Positions 54,843 to 64,000 of a stretch of 64,000 nucleotides of DNA are shown here, piece by piece. The stretch is from a virus, in the IMG/VR virus record IMGVR_UViG_3300023235_000015, positions 38,343 through 102,342 of that record, one strand, 5' to 3'. Numbering within the stretch: the stretch's first letter is position 1; every line of letters begins with the position of its first letter. The notes beneath the pieces are model-generated. The model made no database searches and had not been told where the DNA came from. It was given only the letters and a program-made list of their open reading frames with translations. Position numbers and translations under genes: made by a program.

Positions 54843-55475
54843 TTACTCATTAATTATAAGTCCTTTTCTTTTAAGGTAGTAATCAATGCCAAACCAATTT
54901 GGCGCTAAATATACATTTTTAATATCTGTTAGTGCCTGATTATACGGAAACCAAAGACCAAACGCTTTGCGCTGTCTATCAGGGTCAGTAATCCCACTCC
55001 AACGCTTCCAAGTAGAATCTGTCACAAAGTCTACCACAGTTTCGGGACGATCATCAATCAGGTATTTACAGTCTCTAACATGAGGAATCTTTGACCCCTG
55101 TACGCACAATAAATTATTACTTTGAGGAAATCCCCAAAAATAAAGCCATTTACTAGTAGCTTCATAATACTTTTCTAGTCTGCTAGTAATGTATAAAATT
55201 TCATGGCCTGATTTATGTAGCTCTGTAATTGTGTTGGCCGAACCCTTAAAAGGAGTTTGTTCATCAGCTTTATCATGCACCCTAAGAATAGCTTCGTAAA
55301 TAATATCTCCTTCTAGAGCGTCCGTAAGTGACCGCCATTCTGTAAAAGGAGCATACGCGGCTTTTAGAATACTTTTATCATTTTTCTCAACAGACATACG
55401 AAAAAATTCTTCTCTTACAGCGTCACCAAATGCGTATAAGGTGTCATCCAAATCTACTCCAAATTTTGCACACAT
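54843..55475 (-). CDS. HAD-family 5'(3')-nucleotidase-like protein
   Basis: VDLDDTL, ITSR and LIDDRP motifs. Confidence 0.8.
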   Translation of the reverse strand: MCAKFGVDLDDTLYAFGDAVREEFFRMSVEKNDKSILKAAYAPFTEWRSLTDALEGDIIYEAILRVHDKADEQTPFKGSANTITELHKSGHEILYITSRLEKYYEATSKWLYFWGFPQSNNLLCVQGSKIPHVRDCKYLIDDRPETVVDFVTDSTWKRWSGITDPDRQRKAFGLWFPYNQALTDIKNVYLAPNWFGIDYYLKRKGLIINE

Positions 55476-55476
55476 A

Positions 55477-56100
55477 TTAGCCTTTCAAATAGTTTAGTAT
55501 TTTTGTAAAAGATTCTTCATTGTCACCTAAACAACCTATAAGGTGATTACACCTATAACATAACAAGCCTCTTACTCTGCCAGTATCGTGACAATGATCT
55601 ACAGATAGAACTTTGATTCTTTTAGTTTTAGAATCAATTACTTTTTCTGGCTTATCACAAATTGCACACACATCATTTTGGTCAGACAGCAATTTGTAAT
55701 AATTGTCTAAAGATATTCCATATGTTCTTAAAAGATATCCGTTTCTAGCTTTTATAGCTTTATCGTCAGTATAGTGTTTTCTTCTTTTAGCATTTATTGT
55801 GATTTTATTTTTATCATACCATTGATTAACTCTGTCGTTATCACAACTATTACATATAGAAGCTAATCCGTCTGATCTAGCTGAATTGCCAGCGAATCTT
55901 TCTCTTAGTAATTCTCTGGAACAATCTGGACAATACTTGTAATTTTTTTTAGATTTATCATAGATGTGGCGCTTTTTTATAGGAACATTCTCTTGCGGAT
56001 CGCCATATTTGCTCTCCCTAATGTAATGAGGTCGGCATAAGCCTTTGCAATATTTAGGTTCGTCGCAGGATTCTAAATAACATTTTTCTTTCATAGACAT
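55477..56100 (-). CDS. Endonuclease VII-like free-standing (homing-type) endonuclease
   Basis: YGI...Y..L...Q...CAIC and VDHCHDTGRVRGLLC..CN motifs, with N-terminal zinc fingers. Confidence 0.85.
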   Translation of the reverse strand: MSMKEKCYLESCDEPKYCKGLCRPHYIRESKYGDPQENVPIKKRHIYDKSKKNYKYCPDCSRELLRERFAGNSARSDGLASICNSCDNDRVNQWYDKNKITINAKRRKHYTDDKAIKARNGYLLRTYGISLDNYYKLLSDQNDVCAICDKPEKVIDSKTKRIKVLSVDHCHDTGRVRGLLCYRCNHLIGCLGDNEESFTKILNYLKG

Positions 56101-56122
56101 AAAGTATGCTGATACGTGTCAT

Positions 56123-56704
56123 TTATGTCAATAGTGACGTTACGAACACTTCTGCTTGTTCTTGAAGATTTTCTATAGTTGAGTGATTCATAATAACTAC
56201 ATCTACATTTTCCATTTCAATACCTTGTTCAGAAGCATGTTCGTCATTGTTATCAATGCGATCATTTTCTATCTTAACAAGAATACCTCCATGTTCTTTT
56301 ACAGAACGAACCTCATTTGAGAATCTACAATCCGTAATAAATACAATGTCACTTGACTGAAATGTATTAGAGTCCCAAAAAGCATTTACCCAAAAATCAT
56401 CATCAAAAATATCTCTGTGTGCTTCAGTTCCATAATTCTGTAGAAATTCACGGCCAGAAATACTATGAACAGTTTTTCCATTGTCAGTTAGTAAAACATC
56501 ATAGTTATTTTTAAAGCTATCAGCCCACTCGCTAGCTTTATTTGTATGAACTCCTAGAGTAGCTGCCGCACTTTCCTTTAGCAAGCTAGCCCAACTCATT
56601 TCATATCCCACGCGCCCGTATTCAGAACTCAAAAACTCGATACATTTTGTAGCAAACGTGTTCTTGCCACTTCCTTTGTTTCCAGCTACACCTACTAAGA
56701 TCAT
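56123..56704 (-). CDS. Deoxynucleoside monophosphate kinase
   Basis: GNKGSGK, REFLQNYGTE, TDCRFSNE and HASE motifs. Confidence 0.88.
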   Translation of the reverse strand: MILVGVAGNKGSGKNTFATKCIEFLSSEYGRVGYEMSWASLLKESAAATLGVHTNKASEWADSFKNNYDVLLTDNGKTVHSISGREFLQNYGTEAHRDIFDDDFWVNAFWDSNTFQSSDIVFITDCRFSNEVRSVKEHGGILVKIENDRIDNNDEHASEQGIEMENVDVVIMNHSTIENLQEQAEVFVTSLLT

Positions 56705-56917
56705 AAATCGTCCCTCTTGGTTAGGCCCATTCGTGGGCGTGTCTAGGCATCATATCACAGATCGCCCCGTCGTGGTAGTTTGGCACCAGACGGATTATTT
56801 GGTTTTGCGGGGGTTTTGCTGTAAGATGGTCTAACAACACTAGTGAAGTCTGAAACAAAGGCTACATAGGTAGCTCCTGTGTATATAAATTTTGTTTCAA
56901 TAAAGGAGAATCAATTA

Positions 56918-58204
56918 ATGGCAGTTAGCAAAATTGATAAAGAATTAAAAGGTCGTGAAAAAGAAGTAGGAGCAAAAGTAAAGTCAGAGGGTCAAATTCA
57001 GGCCGCTTTTCATTTTGGATATCCAAGAACTACATTTGCGGATTTCCTAAGACGCAATAAGCTACCTACTAAAGCCGACCAGACAATTATCAATGAGGCT
57101 ACTAATAAAGTAGCAGACATTGATGATCCATACCGCTTAAAAGCTGACAAGCTGGAAATTTCTCTAGCAGCAGTAAAGAAAGATAATAAGCAGTATGCGA
57201 AAAGATTCGCTTCAGAAAGTATATTCTTAGATGAAATTAAGGATATTGTAAAGCTCCCTGTAAAAACCAACGACTATGACGTATTTCATCAGCCATCAGG
57301 TAGGCCCGAAGAATCATGTATCGCGCCTATTTTTGATCAGCAATATGGACAGCAGGTAGTTAAGTCAGATACGCCCGGTAACAAGGGTGAATACAATACA
57401 GCTATTTTCGATACTCGTCTAGAGCGTTGGGTAGATGCTGTAACAGGCATCATAGCCAAGAGAGCAGAAGGCTATAACATTACAGAGTTAATTATTCCTC
57501 TTGGCGGTGATCAGATTGAAGGTGATGAAATCTTTGCTGGTCAGGCTTGGCAATTAGAGATTAGTCCTACTGAACAAGTGTGGCAATTGTCAGTAAAAAT
57601 GACTGTAGCTCTAAAAAAGGTTATCAAGTTTGCTAAGGAAGAAATTGGCATTGAAAGAATCGCTATCTACGGCGTAGACGATAATCATGGTAAAGTTGGC
57701 GGCAAGAAGTCTGGTGCGCGTCCTGCTAAGTATTCTTGGAACTGGCTATTTCAGCAGATTCTATTTGAGAATCTATCAGGCGAGCCTATTGACGAAATGG
57801 CTGCTGAGCCGGGTGGAGCTTTGTTCTTCTATTGTCAGGGTCATGAGTTTCAGTTAATTCATGGACACCAGATTAGAGGTTGGGGCGGAATTCCATTCTA
57901 CGGCTTACAGAAGTTTGAGGCTAAGAGTATTCGTCTACATAATAGACTGTACCAATTTCTACTAATGGGGCATATTCATCAGCCTGCCGAAATCTCAAAC
58001 GGTGCTGCTGAGACTATTGTTTCTGGCGATTGGGTTGGGCCTAACAATCTATCAGGTCTAATTGTTGCGGGTTCACGCCCACAACAGAAAGTTATCTTTG
58101 TTTCTCAACGTTGGGGAATTGATGCTACTGAAAGAATTTATTTTGAGGAAGCTGATATTGCATTCCAGCCTACAGAAATTTATGGTGAACTTCCTGTAAG
58201 ATAA
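56918..58204 (+). CDS. Phage calcineurin-like metallophosphoesterase/nuclease
   Basis: D..YG, GGD..EG, NHG, HGH and GHIH motifs. ATG 56918 follows AAGGAG. The ORF track starts at 56879. Confidence 0.75.
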   Translation: MAVSKIDKELKGREKEVGAKVKSEGQIQAAFHFGYPRTTFADFLRRNKLPTKADQTIINEATNKVADIDDPYRLKADKLEISLAAVKKDNKQYAKRFASESIFLDEIKDIVKLPVKTNDYDVFHQPSGRPEESCIAPIFDQQYGQQVVKSDTPGNKGEYNTAIFDTRLERWVDAVTGIIAKRAEGYNITELIIPLGGDQIEGDEIFAGQAWQLEISPTEQVWQLSVKMTVALKKVIKFAKEEIGIERIAIYGVDDNHGKVGGKKSGARPAKYSWNWLFQQILFENLSGEPIDEMAAEPGGALFFYCQGHEFQLIHGHQIRGWGGIPFYGLQKFEAKSIRLHNRLYQFLLMGHIHQPAEISNGAAETIVSGDWVGPNNLSGLIVAGSRPQQKVIFVSQRWGIDATERIYFEEADIAFQPTEIYGELPVR

Positions 58205-58283
58205 GAACTAAAACATAGTTGTTCTAAAAGTCTCTAGGTGCTATCATATGACCTAGAGATTTTTTATTGCAAAAAGGAACTTA

Positions 58284-58871
58284 ATGTCAAAAGTAGACAG
58301 ACTTGAAAATAGAATTGGCGGTCGCAGAAAGAAACGTGACCGCGCTCGAAAGGGCAGAGCTAGACAGCTTAAGCTTTTTAAAAAGACTAAAAAAACTGGA
58401 CACAAAAAGCAAGCCGCTAAATGGGGTCGTGAAGCTGTGCGCCACGATAAGGCTATTGAAAAGCTAGAGAAAGCTATCAATAAACAAAAGGCAAAGCGCG
58501 GCCCTAAATCTGGAACAGGAGTTTGGGGTGGTTCTAAGTCAATTATAGTAAATGAATCTGATCCTGTAGCTAAGAAACAGGGCATACCTAAGACTTCATC
58601 TAAGAGGGGAATAAGCCATTGGGCTACTCTTCTTAACCCTGATTCAGACCACAGCGTTTTAGCACTATCAGCTTTCGCTAGAGATTATGGCACTACTGAT
58701 GGTTCTGGTTTAGCACGTTCTATTGCTAACTCATTAGGAATTTCAAACTATTCAACTGGAAATTACAATAGCTACTACATTAAAAGAAATGTCTGGACTT
58801 ACAGAGTACAAATTCTGTGGGCTGTTTCAGGTCATTTTGATCATGTACACGTAGGAATTAGGAGAGTATAA
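58284..58871 (+). CDS. Putative M15-like zinc peptidase with a basic N-terminal helix
   Basis: SDH...A.D and HFDHVH zinc-ligand pattern. Confidence 0.55.
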   Translation: MSKVDRLENRIGGRRKKRDRARKGRARQLKLFKKTKKTGHKKQAAKWGREAVRHDKAIEKLEKAINKQKAKRGPKSGTGVWGGSKSIIVNESDPVAKKQGIPKTSSKRGISHWATLLNPDSDHSVLALSAFARDYGTTDGSGLARSIANSLGISNYSTGNYNSYYIKRNVWTYRVQILWAVSGHFDHVHVGIRRV

Positions 58872-59653
58872 TGAATCTTAAAAAAACAAAGCGATCATTA
58901 AAAAAACAAGAAATGGAACTAGTAAATAAAATTGCTAAAAAAAATGCTGAACTGGAAGATTTTTACAACGATAAAAGAAAAGTAAAAAAAGATATAAATA
59001 AAGAACATGAATCAGAAGTAAGAAAAGAGCTTAGACAAGAACGTAAAGACTTAAACGTGCGCATTCGTGAAATTAGAAAGGCGCAGGCCGCTAGACAAAA
59101 TGTTTTACAAAAACTAAAAAACAGAATTAGTAAAACAATTAATAAAATTAGGCAGCGTAAAAATCCTAGAATTATTAATTTAAATTTAGATTTTAGAGCA
59201 ATGTCTACTCAAGGAGGTATTGACAAAGTAATTGGTCATTATACCGCAGGTCCAAGAGACAAGGACACAAAAGACGCTATTAGATTGTGTAAAGTTTATC
59301 ATCAGATGCACCTAAATAATGGTTGGTCTGGTGAGGGATATATGCTTTGTTTCACAGTAGATGGAAATATTTTAGTCTTGCGCCCTGCTAAATACGTGGG
59401 TGCGCATACGCTAGGCTATAATACTGGTAGTTATGGAATTATGATGCATGGAACAACTGGTGATAAGCCTAGTGATGCCCAACTAGAAGCAATTAAATGG
59501 TGGGCTAAAAATGGAAACAAAACAATCATGGGGGAAGGTAAGACAATCGTTAGACCAAAAAATCTAAAGTGGTACGGCCATAATGATTTCAACGCTACTA
59601 GTTGTCCCGGTGAGTTTAAGAACGCATATGTAAGTAAGGGTAATAAAAAATAA
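58871..59653 (+). CDS. Endolysin, N-acetylmuramoyl-L-alanine amidase (Amidase_2/PGRP-like), with N-terminal coiled coil
   Basis: HYTAG, GAHT.G.N and GHNDF.ATSCPG motifs. Confidence 0.88.
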   Translation: MNLKKTKRSLKKQEMELVNKIAKKNAELEDFYNDKRKVKKDINKEHESEVRKELRQERKDLNVRIREIRKAQAARQNVLQKLKNRISKTINKIRQRKNPRIINLNLDFRAMSTQGGIDKVIGHYTAGPRDKDTKDAIRLCKVYHQMHLNNGWSGEGYMLCFTVDGNILVLRPAKYVGAHTLGYNTGSYGIMMHGTTGDKPSDAQLEAIKWWAKNGNKTIMGEGKTIVRPKNLKWYGHNDFNATSCPGEFKNAYVSKGNKK

Positions 59654-59665
59654 GGAAGTGATTCA

Positions 59666-59860
59666 ATGTCTAAATCTAAATCTGTAAATCCGGTATCACC
59701 AAAAGTAAGTGTTCCCTTCATTCTTGGTATTGTTGCTTTAGCGGCTGAAACAGCCACAACACTAACATGGGATGAAACTAACTGGATTGGTTCAGCAATT
59801 ATTGTGCTTTACGCTCTGTCAGGATATCTAGTAAATGACCCTGATAGAAATACTGCTTAA
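59666..59860 (+). CDS. Putative holin
   Basis: 64 aa with two TM segments (PKV...GYLV.DP), immediately after the amidase gene. Confidence 0.65.
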   Translation: MSKSKSVNPVSPKVSVPFILGIVALAAETATTLTWDETNWIGSAIIVLYALSGYLVNDPDRNTA

Positions 59861-59892
59861 CACGTAGCGCATTTCACATAGCATAATAATTA

Positions 59893-59925
59893 AGGCCGTC
59901 ACATTAATTTGTGGCGGTCTTTTTT
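59893..59925 (+). terminator. Intrinsic terminator
   Basis: AGGCCGTCACA-loop-TGTGGCGGTCT followed by a T run. Confidence 0.8.
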
Positions 59926-60186
59926 ATTGGTACAATACAATTATGCCTGTACAAATACCATGCCCTCAATGTAACGTAGCTAATAATTTTGGTGAAAGAA
60001 TTAGAAAGTTAGATGATGGCACTAGCGAAATCTATATCATGTGTCCAACTTGTTATTATGAGAGAGTTGTATTTAAAGCTCACTCTAGTATAATTAGACA
60101 GTATAGAAAACTATATCGGCTAAAGGCTCGTTATAAAAACAACCCTAAGCAGATAAAACTTGTAGAACAACAAATAAAGAAGTTGA

Positions 60187-60432
60187 ATGCAAAAGCCAAC
60201 AAATAGACAGCTAGAATTTTTAAGTTTAATTGCTAGCGGTATGGACACATATGAGGTAGCTAAAGAACTTAGCGTTTCTCAAAATACCGTTCGTAATACT
60301 ATCGTAGCTGCAAAAGCAAAAACAGAAGTTCCAAGTACAGCTAACCTAATTGCTTACGCAGTTTATAGAGGTTGGATTTGGCCTGTTGATGATGGTGTAC
60401 CTGCTGAATTCGCAGTTATATCAGAAGCATAA
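60187..60432 (+). CDS. LuxR-type HTH protein
   Basis: PTNRQLEFLSLIASG....EVAKELSVS.NTV...A...GWI pattern. Confidence 0.8.
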   Translation: MQKPTNRQLEFLSLIASGMDTYEVAKELSVSQNTVRNTIVAAKAKTEVPSTANLIAYAVYRGWIWPVDDGVPAEFAVISEA

Positions 60433-60626
60433 TTATGAGTAAGGCAGTAATTAGCAAAGAAGGCAAAATGATTTGCCCTAGATGTGAATTAGCGCAAGAT
60501 ATTCTTTCGTATAAAGCATTAAAAACATACAATGATTATAATTGCGCAGCAATATATAAATGCGCTAACTGTAGAGCTATATTTGCGCCATTGCCTGACT
60601 TATTTGACGTAGTATCGAATCAGTAA

Positions 60627-60656
60627 TTGACAAATAACTGTATTAGTTGATATACT
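60627..60656 (+). promoter_or_regulatory. Sigma70-type promoter of the head operon
   Basis: TTGACA-N18-TATACT, about 30 nt upstream of ATG 60688. Confidence 0.65.
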
Positions 60657-60687
60657 AATTAACAGTTGTCAAACTATATTAGGTTAA

Positions 60688-62055
60688 ATGAATACTAAAA
60701 CAGACGTAACAACTGAAGAAGTCGCCGCATTAGAGATTTATCTGTCTACAGATACTTCTACTACTATTGACGATGATGGGCTTGTATGGAAAGAGGTTCT
60801 TAGAGAAGGTACTTGGGCTTATCGTCCGGGTGCTGGTCAAGTACCCGAAAGCAAGCCGCTAAAGGTCGTAGTTGGAAATTCCGCCGATTCCAGTGAGATT
60901 GGTTTTGCCGATCTTATTGAATCATTTGAAGCAAGAGCTATTGACCACGTTACTATTCCTACCTCACATGAGGACAAACCTGAACAAAATACTGGCTTTG
61001 TAGAAAAGTTAGAAATTCGTAATGTTGATGGAAGTAACAGACTTTATGCTGGTTTAAAATTTACGGAGCCAGACATTAAAGAAAAAGCTTTGAGAGGTAC
61101 AATTGCTAACACAAGTGTTGGTGTTGTATATGATTATATTAAGAAATCAACTGGTGATATTTATAAACAAGTACTAGGGCATATTGCTCTTACAAACAAG
61201 CCTTGGATTAATAACATGGCACCATTTGGTTTATCAGAAGAAGGCATTGAAGGCGAAGAAGTAGCTTATGTAGATGCTGAACCTGATAATGAAGTTTTAG
61301 AAGCACTTAAGATTTCAGATATAGCAGATTTTGATGCCGCTAAGGATTTAATTATCCAAAAGGCAAAAGAACTAGGTAATCTTGATTGGTTACCTACTGA
61401 TTGGCAGGAAACTGTTGATGATGATGAAAGCGTCAGTCTAGACGCACCTGAAAATAACAACGGAGATAAGGAGACTAAAACAATGTCTAAGACTCCCGAA
61501 GAAGTAGCTCAGGAAGAAAAGGACCGTCTAGCAGCCGAAAATGTTGCCAACGAAACTGGACTTTCTGAAGAAGCTGTTGCTAAGATGATTGAGGAAGCAC
61601 AGGAAGCTGGTAAGGCGGAAGCTGAAGCCAAGTTTTCTGAACTAGAGGCCCGTAACAAGGCGCTAGAAGCTGACCTACATGATAAGGCAGTAGCAGAAAA
61701 GATTACAAGTCTTAAGGACGAGGGATTCTCAGAATACCCCGGCCTACTAAAGACTATTGAAGAACTATTGCTAGCCGATGAAGGCTCAGACGTTACTACT
61801 ATTTCTCTATCAGAGGAAGTAGATGGTAAGACTGTAACTTCAGAAGTCAAGCTATCAGTTTCAGATATTGTATCAAGAATTACAGACAGTATGCCAAAGG
61901 AAGATGATAAGTTGAACTTTGGCGATCAGGCAAACGATTTCCAAAATTTTGGAGAGCGTCCGTCACGCGGGAATGAAGAAGTTGACCCTGTGAAGGCTGC
62001 TGATGAGCTTAATGCTCGTCTAGGCCGTACTGTTCCAACAGCGGGAGGTAACTAA
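60688..62055 (+). CDS. Prohead protease/scaffold (Mu gpI-like)
   Basis: H...G.V..L, SVG and HIALTNKPWI motifs, then an acidic coiled-coil scaffold region. Precedes the capsid genes. Confidence 0.75.
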   Translation: MNTKTDVTTEEVAALEIYLSTDTSTTIDDDGLVWKEVLREGTWAYRPGAGQVPESKPLKVVVGNSADSSEIGFADLIESFEARAIDHVTIPTSHEDKPEQNTGFVEKLEIRNVDGSNRLYAGLKFTEPDIKEKALRGTIANTSVGVVYDYIKKSTGDIYKQVLGHIALTNKPWINNMAPFGLSEEGIEGEEVAYVDAEPDNEVLEALKISDIADFDAAKDLIIQKAKELGNLDWLPTDWQETVDDDESVSLDAPENNNGDKETKTMSKTPEEVAQEEKDRLAAENVANETGLSEEAVAKMIEEAQEAGKAEAEAKFSELEARNKALEADLHDKAVAEKITSLKDEGFSEYPGLLKTIEELLLADEGSDVTTISLSEEVDGKTVTSEVKLSVSDIVSRITDSMPKEDDKLNFGDQANDFQNFGERPSRGNEEVDPVKAADELNARLGRTVPTAGGN

Positions 62056-62462
62056 TGCCGCAGAATGAAACACAAAGCCAGCACTCTGCCGATAGAGAAA
62101 TCCTAGTATTTCCTGCCGGACAAGATGCTATTAAATCAGTAGTAGTGGCTGCTTCTGGTATTCCTACGCTTGCTTCTGCCGTATTTGGCAAAACAGACGT
62201 TAAGGGACTCCTAGCTGGTACTGCACTGGAAGAAATTCCGGGTGATGCGCAGGGTCGTGTACGTAAGTTCACTTCCGGCACAATCATTGGAATTCTAGGA
62301 ACTACGCTTATTTTTAATAATGTTGATTCAGTAGACGCTAATTATGATGTTTCTGCTGACGCACTATTTCACAGTTGCGTATTCCGTCAAGACAGAATCG
62401 TGGACTATAGTGCCGACGAAACTGATCTAAAGGCCGACCTACCGACATGCAGTTGGCTATAG
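62055..62462 (+). CDS. Head decoration protein
   Basis: Lies between scaffold and capsid genes; AGT.L...GIL pattern. Confidence 0.6.
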   Translation: MPQNETQSQHSADREILVFPAGQDAIKSVVVAASGIPTLASAVFGKTDVKGLLAGTALEEIPGDAQGRVRKFTSGTIIGILGTTLIFNNVDSVDANYDVSADALFHSCVFRQDRIVDYSADETDLKADLPTCSWL

Positions 62463-62478
62463 GAGATAACGAATAAAT

Positions 62479-63585
62479 ATGTCATATTCAAATAAAGATA
62501 AGGGACTAAGCTTCGATCCTTGGGATGGAGCTACCCTAACACAGAGTATTCGTCGTCCACTAGAAACAAAGTACGAAGGTGTAACAACTGTTGGTCAGGC
62601 CATTGCGCCACTATTCCCGGTTCAAACTAGAGAAGTTTCTATTGAAGCGAGAGAAGTGTCAGCATTCGGAGCCGGACAGTTCCGCGCACCAGACGCTACT
62701 CCACCACTAGTAGAGTTCGACGCAAGCATTTCAAGAGCCAAGATGGAACTAGTTCTACTTGACGAAATGCGCAGAATTAAGGAAGAAGATTGGCTAAACC
62801 TAACTTCTCCCGATCCAAGAATCAAAGAAAAGGTAGTAGCTGACCTGCTTACACAGGGCGAAATGCTAGCTATTCGTAACCGTCGTCTAACCGAAAATCT
62901 ACGTTGGGAAGCCTTTACTGGTGAAGCAACTATTACTTACGGTCTAGGCACAGTTGCAGAATCACAGTACATTGTTGACTATAACATTCCCGCAACTAAC
63001 TTTGTTGCGGCCACTGATTCAGGTGGCTTTGCTTGGGATGATTATGCTAACTCAACACCTATCGAAGATATCAAGAAATGGACTAAGATTCATACCAAGA
63101 CTGTTGGATTCGAAGGTACTAAGGTTCACCTTTCATCTGAGGCGCGTGACCACATGCTTCAGTCAGAGTCACTAAAGTCTTACCTAACTGGCAACGACCG
63201 CGCCCTATGGGTTGCTACTGTTGTTGACGTTCAGAATCTCCTACCGGGAATTGAATTCATCATCGTTGATGAAGGATACCGTGAGGCTGGTACTGAGGGT
63301 CGTGGTAAGTCAGATATTAAGCGTTACCTACCTGTCAACAAGGCTATGATCACAACTGACTATAGCATTGACGGAGAAAGTATTGCCGATATGCCGGACG
63401 GACTAGTAACTGTAGCGAATAGCTACAACACTACTACAAACGTTCAAGGTGAAGCAGCCGAAGTCAAGCTAGATAACATGAGTCTAACTCATTACCTACG
63501 TTATGCTTCTGCTCGTATCACTAGACTAAATCATCCGGGTGCGTTCGTATGGGCGACACTAGGAACATTCACTTCTGACTTCTAA
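62479..63585 (+). CDS. Major capsid protein (lambda gpE-like family)
   Basis: 368 aa; LFP, RR.E...WEA.TG, DY.IP and W.....PI.DI..W segments; followed by a strong terminator. Confidence 0.8.
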   Translation: MSYSNKDKGLSFDPWDGATLTQSIRRPLETKYEGVTTVGQAIAPLFPVQTREVSIEAREVSAFGAGQFRAPDATPPLVEFDASISRAKMELVLLDEMRRIKEEDWLNLTSPDPRIKEKVVADLLTQGEMLAIRNRRLTENLRWEAFTGEATITYGLGTVAESQYIVDYNIPATNFVAATDSGGFAWDDYANSTPIEDIKKWTKIHTKTVGFEGTKVHLSSEARDHMLQSESLKSYLTGNDRALWVATVVDVQNLLPGIEFIIVDEGYREAGTEGRGKSDIKRYLPVNKAMITTDYSIDGESIADMPDGLVTVANSYNTTTNVQGEAAEVKLDNMSLTHYLRYASARITRLNHPGAFVWATLGTFTSDF

Positions 63586-63603
63586 AAGTTGGAAGTAAAT
63601 TGA

Positions 63604-63651
63604 ATATAAGCCGCTTACTAAACGTAAAAATTTAGTAGGCGGCTATATTTT
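63604..63651 (+). terminator. Intrinsic terminator after the capsid gene
   Basis: AGCCGCTTACTAAA-loop-TTTAGTAGGCGGCT-ATATTTTT. Confidence 0.75.
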
Positions 63652-63679
63652 TACAAACTTATAATATAAGGATATTACA

Positions 63680-64000
63680 TTGTCTTACAAGGAAACAATA
63701 CAAAATCTTTCACCAAGTATTTTTCTTGGTTTAGATTCTGTTAATGGGCTAATTAATATTCCTAGTACTAGCGCCACACCTTCTAATCACGGTGCTAGTG
63801 GTCAGAGCGGTATTGCTATAGGTAGCGAAATAACAGGTCCGTTAAGTAAATCAATTAATTCTGGATCAACCGACTTCGACGGCACCGACGACCGGATCAC
63901 TACCGACTACGGGACGCGGCGGAACCTATGTACGAACCCCGGTTTTGAGATTGACAAGAGCGGCTGGCGCGATGTAGAGCAGGCCGGCTATTGCCAGAAC
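63680..64000 (+). CDS. Start of a probable LamG/ConA-like virion protein (partial)
   Basis: TTG after AAGGA; MSYKETIQNLSPSIFL...STDFDGTDDRIT...RRNLCTNPGFE. Confidence 0.55.
   Translation, partial: MSYKETIQNLSPSIFLGLDSVNGLINIPSTSATPSNHGASGQSGIAIGSEITGPLSKSINSGSTDFDGTDDRITTDYGTRRNLCTNPGFEIDKSGWRDVEQAGYCQN

Noticed and set aside
2159-63175. Numerous antisense or shadow ORFs in the track (e.g. 2687..2950, 31802..32245, 36672..37181, 61509..61850)
   Set aside because: They lie opposite well-supported genes and show no motifs or RBS.
1-64000. Stop-codon reassignment
   Set aside because: Conserved genes are full length under the standard code, and TAG, TAA and TGA all end genes at expected positions.

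Overview
This window is a 64-kb segment of a large, AT-rich tailed dsDNA phage. A high-GC actinobacterial host (possibly Thermoleophilia) is inferred from AGAAAGG-type ribosome-binding sites, cell-wall enzyme families and GC-rich patches. Plus strand, 1-22.3 kb: replication and recombination genes (SSB tail, DnaE split by an HNH endonuclease, RecA, intein-containing Cas4-like nuclease, ThyX, two DNA methyltransferases, RuvC), terminase, and an intein-containing portal fused to a MuF-like domain. Minus strand, 22.5-56.7 kb: many small accessory genes, including an RNA ligase, ArdC, a CCA-adding enzyme, phosphoesterases, a dNMP kinase and cell-wall hydrolases. Plus strand, 56.9-64 kb: lysis, protease/scaffold and capsid genes. 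The most striking unexplained structure is at 33.2-41.8 kb, where 19 copies of a conserved-base, variable-top hairpin punctuate an array of small genes. G.U pairs and GAAA tetraloops appear only on the mRNA strand. Each hairpin sits on or beside the upstream stop codon and is followed by a conserved AGAGAGAA leader. Upstream of the array lie two tRNA-like elements with identical T-arms and nine copies of a CCTGG-N9-CCAGTA dyad. A stem-loop at 50.1 kb exposes a loop complementary to both classes of phage ribosome-binding site. All calls are from reading motifs by eye; no searches were run.
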